DNA of 64,000 nucleotides from Perna viridis (Eukaryota). Below are positions 11,001 through 23,000 of the stretch, in pieces (position 1 is the stretch's first letter; the number at the start of each line of letters is the position of its first letter). The notes beneath the pieces are model-generated. The model was not told the origin of the DNA. It worked only from the letters and a program-made list of their open reading frames with translations, and made no database searches. The translations under genes were made by a program, and so were the position numbers. The stretch covers positions 35,798,704-35,862,703 of the forward strand of contig CM074521.1 in assembly GCA_037379345.1 (NCBI GenBank), written 5' to 3'.

Positions 11001-14000
11001 TATATGTAAATCTTATATCAAACTTGTTTTGGTAAAGAAGTAAAATTGGCTCTTCAAAATTTTAGTCTAAAAAGACAATCATTTAAAATGAACAATACCT
11101 ATAAGTAATTGTTAAATAAGACTATCAAATCTGCTAAACAGTATTGAAAAATATATCTGCCAAACAAGAGTAAAATTCACTTTACCTGGTCATGTGTATT
11201 AAGGGAAGATAATAATGAAAAATTAGCCAAAACTGTCACACCTGTATCATGGTATAAAATATCTCATTTCATCTACATTTAAAGAAATTGCAATTTTTTC
11301 AAGAAAATTAATGCTAGCTTGCACTTCATTATACATTCAGGAACAAAACTATATGAATTTCAGACTTCAAATCTTGTTTTTTGACAGTTGTAGTATGTTG
11401 TTTACAATGTTGTTGTTAATGTTTTATAGAAATTATAAAACATGTGTTCGTAAGTTTGACTTGTGCTTGTGTGTCATATACATATAAAGATGCATTTAGC
11501 AATGTTTCAGTTGTTAATTTAATGTATTATTAAAACTATGAATGAAAACATTACATAAAGGTATGTCCTAGATAATGACTTTAGCAGAACCTTAATTATC
11601 TTGATATCTGAATAGCATTTCTTTAATTAGATTTTGGGAATCCCCATTCTATTTGTTTACCAATTTTCCTGCCAAAAAAGTCAAATGGCAAAAGTGTAAA
11701 CAAATGTTATCCATTTTCTTTTACCAATTCTTTCATTTCAAAGTATTTAGACACTTCCTGATGGGATAATCATTGTTAATTGGATTTAATTTATTCTGTT
11801 ATGAGGTAAGTCTGTTTCTGAATGTATTACATGGTTAAACAGGGCTGTGAAACTAGTGTGTAGCCAAGTGCACATGGCCTTAATTGTGTTCATCTTTGAC
11901 CAGATGATGAGAGTTTTGATTGGCTCAATAATATATTTACATTTGATTGACACCTCCCATGAGGATATTTTCAGTCATGGTCGCCTGGTTTAATTACCTT
12001 TAATTGACTTCAGTCGTAAATTGGTCATAGTCAATTAACTCTGACCAGATGTCAACACAAAATTAGAGAGAATATCCGTTGCTGATAAACTTCCTGTCAA
12101 TTTTAATATACAAAACCTAGGCGCCAACGAAATCGCCAACTGGCTATTTTTGTCGCCAGATAAAATAAAAAATTGCAAATTGCAACATTGGCGAAGCCCA
12201 CCACGACCCCTGCCGCAAACCATAGTGGTGCACCATGTTGGGAAAGATGCCATGTTCCTCGCACGTTAAAGAATCCTGCTATGGTATTCGATAGGAGTAG
12301 GAACCTTTGCACTCTGCCACTGGAGGCTAAATTGCTCAGCCTTACCCATCCCTCCCTTTTTCTAGTGGCAATCCAAATTTGTCAACCCAATTATCCTTGT
12401 GTCCCATCCCTTTTTTTCATTTCATCATCATTTCATGTTCATTTTATCATCCATTTCATGTTCATTGTCTGAATATAGCTGAAATATTGCTGCTCGGACA
12501 TTAAACACCAACAATCAATCAATCTGATTTGAAGCATCTTGATAGAACCCTGCAATCCATGCCAAACCCCAAACTGTTCTTCTGTTACTTTTACAAATAT
12601 TTGGAATGTCCTGTGCTGTCTCCCACCAGGGACTTTATATCACAGGAACTCACAGGGTTTCATAATTTTTTTTACAATGCAGGTACCTTCGGTTTTGTTG
12701 GAGGTACTGTTCATCATTTTGTTTCATAAAAATGTATGACATTTTAGAATTCTGGAGGTACCTTTCAGTAGTTTAGAAGGGTAAAAGTACCTGGTACTGC
12801 CTCTTAATGAAAGGCCTGGGAACTGGGCACTCCTAACAAAGTCTATACATGTATAATGTACAAAAATAAATGTGCCTCCCCAGCCTTTATACTTAAAGCC
12901 TATAAGGTTTATATTTGACTGGGGGAAAGAGATATTCATGATTTTAATAACAAATTGATTATGATGACGTTATGATGATAAGGAGGGGTGTGTTCTGAAA
13001 ACACTAAAGTAGGATAAAAATATCAAAATTTACCTGTAAAAATCAGTTATTATTTATTAGTTATCAGCAATTGGGAAAGTTAATGAAATTAGTCGATTTA
13101 GTTAAGTATTTCTAACTCATTATACAATAAAAATTATATCATTATAAAGAGGTGTCTTTAATCTTTTAATATTAGTAAATTCAAAGGGATAAACAAACAG
13201 AAAGACACAATAATTAAAGCTTACTGAAGTATAGTTTTTGAATTGAAACTTTTGATATTTCAGGGTTGTCAGCAAGAGGAGTCACCAGATGAATTTCACT
13301 GTTTCACTTCAATTAAATCACCCCATAAAATTTTGTAATAGAACTTTAACAGAAAAAATCTTATTTCACCTCTTCAAATCTTAAAGTGGTTGAAATCTCT
13401 GATGTTTCTTTCTCAATACATAAGTTCATTCATTCAGTCATCATTTTATTGTTATAAATTTCAAAGCATATTTATAAAAAAAAAAAGCCATTGCCACTCA
13501 GCATTTTTCTCTTTTATTAATTGTATACTAATAGATGTAATAGTTTTGTTTCCACTCAATCATCCTGTATGAACCTTCAAAAAAATGAAAATTTTTTTGC
13601 TTATTTGTCTAAAAAGACCTAATTTTGAACTGAAAAACATTTACATTCCTCTTATTTCAAATAAATAAAAGATATATGTTGCCATTCTCCAATTCTTTAT
13701 CTTTAATTTGGTACACCACTCATTAAAATACTTCCATTGGTTTATACAAACGCTCTGAGCATAGTTACCCGATTTTCAACTGATAAATTTGAGAAAATTG
13801 GTTAATAAACAAAGGCAGTGTTCTATAGGTGTAATACCACTGTTTTGGAAACCAGTCACCTGCACATACAAGAAAGTAGTTTGTAATGACACGAAGTAGT
13901 CCCAATATTGCACCCTATCATTCTCCTTGTTTAGTAGAGGTATACAAACTTGATGTCATCTGAAAGCTAAATGAATCAGCAATACTCTTCATTTTCTTTA

Positions 14001-17000
14001 TTCAGTGTAGGGTAAAACAATTCTGAACAAAAGTATAGGCCCCTTCATATGGCTAAATTTCAGAATGAAAGTACTGCTAGTGATTTCTGCACCTGTCTGC
14101 TTTCACTTTACTGTTCTTTCTTAGAAGGTACATAAAGTATGTTGGTACATTTATGAGAGTTAAGGTAAGGGTGACCATCATAATGATACCCCTCTAGCAC
14201 CATCTGTACTGATGTAAAAACAAATTTGAGCCTTATAATAAGTTGAATTTAACATAGAAAGTAATGGAGACCAGAAATATTGGTATGACACCTACCGGTG
14301 TATATATTATTACAAGTGACTTCTCCCTGTAGCATACACTCCCTGTAGCATACACTCCCTGTAGCATACACTCCCTGTAGCATACACTCTCTGCTACTGC
14401 TATTAACTGATGAAAAAATTCTGGCAACATATAAATGGCATGGAGGCTAACTTGTTGAAAAGGGAACCTACCGGTAATACTTTATGCTTTGGACTTAGGA
14501 CTTTGCTCACACTTAAGGCCATTGCCTTCCTCATAATAGTTGGTGATATAAATACAAATACTGTGAAAGTACATTGATTCGTAAATACTAACTTTCATGG
14601 ATCAGAAAAGAAACTCAGTTTCGTGGATTTTTGAATTGATGGTTTTGAAGTTTCCAGTATACAAACCAATGGGAATTAACTATTCATCGTGTGATTTGAC
14701 CTACTCACGAAAACCACAACATTTCATACGCCACAAACAATATTACTTAATTAAACATCAAATTCTAAACTAAACAGTCTTTGCCATCAAAATTTCTAAC
14801 AAGAAACCCCTACTCTTAATCTGAAAAGAATTTAATATAGGATACACTGTCTTGGAAGCAAAATTTTTGCTAGCCCGCCACTACTACTTTAACCAGGATT
14901 CGCTGGTAGGCTGGTCCCAGTTTTGAAGACTGCATTAACACACAGTGAAATGAGTAATGCATACTAAAAAAAGCACAGGCAAGCACCATAATGTACAGTT
15001 TAAGCAACAGATATCTTAAAAAGGTAAACATCTGTCATGCTTCACATGCACAAAATATAAAATACAAATTAAAAGCATATACATAAAAATGTATAGTCAG
15101 TCCTAGGTCCTTCATTTTTGAACTATGAGTGTTGAGTTGGCAATCTATGGTCAAATCTGGAAGTTAGACTTTCTCATCTCAAGTAATTTGCTAAGATTAG
15201 ATTAAGGCTGATTTTTCTTTTAACAGTTTAACTTGTTTTAGAACCAGTGAAAAGTGCTTGAAATTTGGCAGGGTTTGCTTTCATCTGGTTGTGGGAATGT
15301 TTCAGATGCAAACTTTCTTTTTTTCCCATCTTAATGCAAGTATCTGCCAAAGTATTGTCATCTGCAATTATTGTAGAGTGAACTTTACAATATAAAAAAA
15401 TATCATTTAAGAAAATATGAAAAAGAGTAATCAAGGGAATCAAGATTGAATCGGATATAAAAATAATATTATCAAATGATAAAGACTAGACAGACTAGAC
15501 CAGACTAGACAGACTAGAAGAGACTAGACAGACTAGAATAGACTAGACAGACTAGAACAGACTAGACAGACTAGAAAAACTAGACAGACTAGAATAGACT
15601 AGACAAACTAGAACAGACTAGACAGACTAGAAAGACTAGACAGACTAGAATAGACTAGACAGACTAGAACAGACTAGACAGACTAGAAAGACTAGACAGA
15701 CTAGAAGAGACTAGACAGACTAGAAGAGACTAGACCAGACTTGAAGAGACTAGACAGACAAGAAGAGACTAGACAGACTAGACAGATTAGAATAGACTAG
15801 ACAGACTAGAATAGACTAGACAGACTAGAATAGACTAGACAGACTAGAATAGACTAGACAGACTAGAACAGACTAGACAGACTAGAACAGACTAGACAGA
15901 CTAGAATAGACTAGACAGACTAGAATAGACTAGACAGACTAGAACAGACTAGAATAGACTAGACAGACTAGAATAGACTAGACAGACTAGAATAGACTAG
16001 ACAGACTAGAACAGACTAGACAGACTAGAATAGACTAGACAGACTAGAACAGACTAGACAGACTAGAATAGACTAGACAGACTAGAAAGACTAGACCAGA
16101 CTAGACAGACTAGAAGAGACTAGACAGACTAGACAGACTAGAAAGACTAGAGGAGACACACTTAAAAAAAACATGAAGTAACTAAAATAACAGGTACAAA
16201 GAAACAAAAGTAAATGAGCAACCAGGACTCCACTAAAAACATTGAGCATGCACTGGTAGGGTAAGCATCCTCTACTTTTCTACAAATATCTGCTGAATTG
16301 CTCATAATATGTCAAGAATGGGTCCAAGATTGATCCTAGAGGTACACAAAAAAAAAAGAATTAATGGTATATTTACAGTACATTCTTTTGTAGGAAAGAA
16401 GCGAATAGCTGTCCTAAAATTGTAGTAGCAAACATAGATACCAGTACATTTACCAGTAAACAAACAGTTCATGTTCGACATGTAAGTTAGCTTTATTATC
16501 TGTTATAATAAATAACAAACAGTTCATGTTCGACATGTAAGTTAGCTTTATTACCTGTCATCAAACAGGTCATGTTAGACATGTAAGTTAGCTTTATTAT
16601 CTGTCATAATAAATAACAAAGTCCCCATTTAAGATTGTAAACTTTGTGCAAAATTTGGGCAAGTCAGCAAATGCTAACCTAGAACTTCATATTTTATGAA
16701 TATCTGGAAAATTCCCTTTTCTTTTATGAATTTCTTGATCTACCATTGAAGACTGCATTGCACCTTTTGACATGTTTGTCCTTTTCAATTTACCATCATT
16801 TATTTATTATAACAAACAGTTCATGTTTGACATGTAAGTTAGCTTTATTACCTGTCATCAAACAGTTCATGTTAGACATGTAAGTTAGCTTTATTGCCTG
16901 TCATAATAAATAACAAACAGATCATGTTCTAAATGTAAGTTAGCTTTATTACCTGTCATAATAAATAACAAACAGTTCATGTTCGACATGTAAGTTAGCT

Positions 17001-20000
17001 TTATTACCTGTCATAATAAATAACAAACAGTTCATGTTCGACATGTAAGTTAGCTTTATTACCTGTCATCAAACAGTTCATGTTAGACATGTAAGTTAGC
17101 TTTATTACCTGTTATAATAAATAAATGATGGTAAATTGAAAAGGACAAACATGTCATAAGATGCAATGCAGTCTTCAATAGTAGATCAAGAAATTTATAA
17201 AAGAAACGGGTACTTTCCAGAAATTCATAAAATATGAAGTTCTAGGTTAGCATTTGTTGACTTGCCCAAATTTTGCACAAAGTTTACAATCTTAAATTTT
17301 AAGATCTGAATCTTTTCAACAAATAGGGATATTTTATCCATAGTCTCTTAACAGGTTGTTGTTGTGTGAAAGTGGTCACTAAGACAAAGTTGGCTGTACA
17401 TATACACAGCCAAATGTGCCACATATGATAATCATATGGTGCTCTATTCATACGATAATCATATGGTAATCATATGACAATCATATGATATTTAACTAAT
17501 GATAGTCATATGATTCTCATATGTTAATTTTGGCTTGAAAGCATATGAGAATCATGTGTTTGTGAAAAAATATGATTATCATTTGATAATCGTGCGATTA
17601 TCATATGTAAACTAAAACATGATTTTCATATGGTGCTCGATTTATATGATAATCATATGTTGCAAACCATATGATTCTCAAGTGTGGCACATTTGCCTGT
17701 GTATATCTAGTACTGTTTAAGTCCGGAATTCCATTCAATGTATTAACATCATTTTGATGCAGGAATCAAGAGGGTGTCATCCAGCACCTAGAGGATTTGC
17801 TCCAAGTTTAGAATGGCAGAGAAAACAGATAGCAGACTTTTCTGAGGTTAAACAGGTACATTGTCTTAAATTAGGGGCGGATACAGGATCTCAGGTCAGT
17901 GGGGGGTGTAAATAGAACTAAAGAAAATTTTGTGGGTGAAATTTGTGAAAAATCAAGATTTTATGCAAAAAAAATTTTTTCTCCTATTTTATAGGGCGGT
18001 GGGAGGGTTGTATGCGTGGCACACCCATTCCTTGGATCCGTGCCTGTAAATTAGGCCTCATTATCAATACTATGGATATCACTTGTTGTAATGAGTTTTG
18101 TCCATAGTTTTTTTATACCCCCTCACATGAAGTGGCAAGATAGTATGTTACACAGTAAATGTATTCAATTTCACAATTGTCCATTTTTTGGCAGATTCTG
18201 TCGATGGCATATATTTTCGGGTATCAGTTTTCACTTTAGTGTTAAAAAATCAATTTTGTGGGTACTTTTTTTCGTGTTTTCTGTCCACCGATAAAATAGC
18301 GAAAAGTAAGTACACAGCAAAATTAAATACACAAAGTTGCATGTCAGTCTGTCTATTCCCCAATGGTTTTCAGATGATGACTTGTGAACAGATCAATGAT
18401 TTTTTTTAAAGACTTTGCACATTTGGTTAGTACCATAAATACTGGTTAAGTTGAAACTTTCAGCAAAGTCCGAAATGTATTTTTTGAGTTCGGCCATTTT
18501 AAGCATTTTGTCATCCCCCTTTTTTCACCATTGCATGACGGTGTATCACATTAAGTTCCATGAAGCTCTAAAATTTACATCAAATCACCTCACAGAATAT
18601 CAGAAATTGCAACCATAGTTTTTTTTTACAATTATTTTGAGTAAAAACTGTGCCTGTTACCAGAATGTATACAAGTGAATTGTTTGCTCTGATTAGCAAT
18701 AATTAATGTTAAAAGTGTGTAATAAAGCAAAAAAATGACCTTTGTTTAAGAAATGCTTTGCTAGAAAAAAGAATAAGAAATAAAACTTCAGTCCTCACAT
18801 GGATATGTTTCATCTTTATTTAAAAAAATTAAAGATATGGTAATAGATATACTTCCCATAAGTCATAAACAAAACAGATTTCTAGAAACATTATTTTAAA
18901 GGTAGTAGTATGGTCGTTTTAGTCACAAGAGGAGATGTACTGGTAGTAAGAAACAATTGGACCAGACACAGATGGCATCTCATTCCTGTACAAAATTATA
19001 GAAAACAAGAATGTGTTTATGTGTAACAAAGTTTTTATTTGTGATTAAACATGAACATAAGAATTCACTGATGTATTTTTACAGAATTATGCCAGACAAA
19101 AGGCACTGAGAAAGAAAAACAAAACATCTGCAGAAAAAGTGGTATGATATAAATAGATCAATAAATAATTTATCAGGGTTTTCCTAGGCCAGATAAAGCT
19201 TCCCCAAATTGATTTAATCAGATGTATTTATCAGTAGATAAATCTTCTTCAAATTGATGTAATCAGATGTGTTAATCGGGGCATTCCAAGGGCAGATAGG
19301 AGTTCCCTAAATTGAGGTAATCAGATGTATTTATCAGGAAATAAGGCTTCTTCAAATTGATGTAATCACATATATTTATCAGGGTTTTCCTAGATAAGGC
19401 TTCCCAAATTATTGTAATCAGATGTATTTATCAGTAGATATGGCTTTCTCAAATTGATGAAATCAGATGTATTTATCAAGGTTTTCCTAGGCAGAAAAGA
19501 CTTCCCCAAATTGATGAAATTATCTGTAGGTAAGCATTTCCCAAATTGATGTAATCAGATGTGTTTATCAGGGAATTCCAAGGGCAGATAAGAGTTTCCT
19601 AAATTGATGTAATAGATGTATTTAACAAGGTTTTCCTGGACAGATAAGGCTTCCCAAAATTAATGTAATCAGATGTATTTATCAGGGTTTTCCCAGGGCA
19701 GATAAGGCTATCCAAAGTTGTATTTTTTTCATTCTTTGGAAGACAAAAGAAAGGTGTCAGCATTCAGACTTTTTTATCACTGATTTAAAATCTGAATTTG
19801 ATGGAGCAGTATTAAAAAACTATGATACATTTATCTATATTTTTAGTGGAGGATTTGCTTTTTGGGGCCTAAAAAAGGGAGAATTCTAATAAATCTTATG
19901 CTTGGATTACTACTTTTTACATATGGAATGCCATGAGAAGAAAATGAAGGGGAACAATTTTTGTAGGATGCAAGTAGGTCTCACTTTCCACTTTCAGGTC

Positions 20001-23000
20001 AAATGACCACCCCTCTAAGTAGAACCAAAAACATACTGAAACTAGAACTATGCATTGCAAGTGCACAATCTGTATGTACTTGTATGTTGATCAGAAGTAA
20101 TCAAAAATAAAGCTGAGAATGTGTACTTCAATATCATGTTTGTATTTTACTGCAAAAGTGTACTGATATTGTTTGTATGTGTGAGTAATTTGCCTTCATG
20201 CCGTCTGTTAGCAGAAAAGGAAAATAATGTGGGTTTACAGTATCATATATTCCAGCCAATTTTTAACTACAATCATTAAACCATTAGTACAGTGATCATC
20301 GAAGCCTTATTATGCTAGCTTTGTAATGGTATACACCTTTAAGACTTCAATTTTGCTGGGAATTCACACTGAAAGTTTGAACATTACTTTTTTAACTTTG
20401 TAACATGTGAAGTAATGGAAACATTAGAAGTGGTTAGAAGACCTATTACATGTATATTGTAGCAGTGACTTCCCCTGACAGGTTGTAGTGTTGTACTTCT
20501 TTATCTAAGTTGGTAGAGGGCAGATTTACAGTGCCAGGGATACATGTATATGTTTGATTCACGACTAGTACTGTTGTGATTTTTGTCAAGTGCAGCATGC
20601 TCTACTGTTACAGTATGTTTAGTGTAAAATAACCCCTTCCCAAATTGGTGTTGTAATACCAAAAGAATTGAAATCCGTATAGTAATATACTTGTGAACAC
20701 CCCATCTTAAGGGTTGAATCTGCTGTTCCCATTCACCAGCACGGAAGATCATACTCATGTTTTAAAAATTTAAATTATAAAAAGGAAAATAATTGGTAAA
20801 TGTCAAACTGTTTGTCTGTCTGTCAGTTTGTATGTTTGCTCACATTTCTTGTAGGTTTTTTTTCCTGTATATATTATAAGAATCACACTGTTAGTCTTTC
20901 TGTTGGTCTATTCCTCCATTCTTTTGTTCATACATGCATTTCTTTAAGTGCAGATTATAAACCGTGTAAAGGATTTTGATGAAATTTTATAAGAATGCTT
21001 GGTATCATAATGTAGAGGTGCATGAAGGAATACAATTATTGTTCGTAGACTCCAAAGGGAGATAGTCCAACTTAAGGGATTTACATGTTGAAGAGTATTC
21101 AAGGGAACCAAGATTCTAACAGAAATCAAAGGAATGTAATCCAAGGACAAAAACCAGACATTGAAAATGGACACAAGAAACAAAAGTCAATGAGCAACTC
21201 TGTCTCCACTAAAAAATGTAAACAAAACTTCTCCCTAACTGCTTAAGACATTTTGTTGAAATTTTATAAGAATATTTGGTATCATAATGTAGATGTGCAT
21301 GAAGTAATATAACAATTGTATAAGGTCTTTAAAGGCAGATAATCTAATTTAAGGGTATGGTCTCACTAACCACTTCCAGGTCAAATGGCCACCCCCTCTT
21401 ATGTAGTACCAAATACACACTGAACCTAGACCTATGCATTATAAGTGCATTATTTGTGTGTATTCTGATTAAAAGTAGTCAAAATAAAGCTGAGAATGTG
21501 TACTCTAAAATCATATATGTAATTTACTACAAAAGTGTATGAATATTGTTTACATGTGTGAGTAATTTGCCTCCATGCTGTCTGTTAGCAGAAAAGGTAA
21601 AAATATTGATTTTCAATATTTTTTATTCAAGCAAATTTTGTGAAGAATTTCTACGGACATCGTACCATTAGACTTGTGATTTTGAAAGTCTTATTTTCCA
21701 AGCTTTGTGATGGTATGCAACTTTAAGTTGACATTTGTCCTGGGAAATCACAGTGAAACATTGAAAATTATTTGTTCAACATGTAAAGTAATGAAAACGT
21801 TAGAAGTGGTCAGTGAGACCTATAACATTTAGCATTAAAGTTGAAATTTTCTTTCATCTTGCTGACCAGGTATTGTCTTTCTTTTTGCAATGTGCATAAT
21901 TTTGGAGTTTACAAGCCTTTGTCCACATAAGCAGTGCTCAGCTATAGATTAGTTACTTTCAATAAATAGCATAAGATATGTTATTTTCACTTCATCATTT
22001 TTTCTGCTTTCCTTGTCCCAGCATTAGCATATTGGTAGATAGCGAAGAATATCAATGATAACCTATGAAATAAAATCTTCTTTTTGGAGAAGGAGATCAG
22101 ATAGGAGTTTTTTTTTCTTTTTGTTTTTTTTGGCTTCAATAAATTTGCCACATCATGTATTGTTGAAGGTCTTATAAACATTCTAAGTAAAGTATTTCTT
22201 TACATAAGAACAAATATTATAGTAAAAAGTAGTAAGGCATTTTTTGAATTTATCTTTGCAGCCATCAGCTAATGATGTGGAAGGATGGTGTCGCCTCTGT
22301 TTTGGTCGATTGGAACCACCAGGTTCTATACCACATGAGATAAAGGAAGATGAATCAGACAACGGCTCAGAACAACAGGGAACATTACCTTTATTGGGGA
22401 TTATGATGGCCATGGACCAGGTACTGTATAGAGATTAACTAGGGACATTATTTGTACTGGGGATTATGATGGCCATGGATCAGGTATTGTATAGAGATTA
22501 ACTAGGGACATTATTTATACTGAGATAATGATGGCCATGGATCAGGTATTGTATAGAGATTAACTAGGGACATTATTTGTACTGGGGATTATGATGGCCA
22601 TGGATCAGGTACTGTATAGAGATTAACTAGGGACATTATTTGTACTGGGGATTATGATGGCCATGGACCAGGTACTGTATAGAGATTAACTAGGGACATT
22701 ATTTGTACTGGGGATTATGATGGCCATGAAAATTAAGTACCATATGGCAGGTTACATTTTTGCATTTTGGCAGTATAAAATTTGGCATTTTTCATGCAAA
22801 AAGATATATTAACATTTTGGCATTTCTTATGTTGGCAGATGCTTAGTGGTGCACAAAGTAGCCAAGGCTACTTCTTTGGTAATGAATAAATGCATGTACA
22901 TGATGGATGTCCGTCTGATAGGTACACAGGTTTACAAGAGTCATATGAACTTAGTCGTATACTGTTCAGTTCTTATTATAAAAGGTAAAGAAAGGTAATC

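Larger units (their letters stand above)
9159..12522 (+). mobile_element. SINE-like retroposon (~520 bp: 9159-9370 plus 12213-12522) split by nested DNA elements
   Basis: 14 bp TSD tctgatttgaagca at 9145-9158 and 12523-12536. 3' tail ...ggacattaaacaccaa(caat)n; the same tail occurs inverted near 45503-45563. Confidence 0.8.

Noticed and set aside
16459-17110. Regularly spaced repeats resembling a CRISPR array (also 22395-22728, 32173-32332)
   Set aside because: No unique spacers, no cas genes, eukaryotic context. The first two arrays are duplicated splice junctions and the third is a plain minisatellite.
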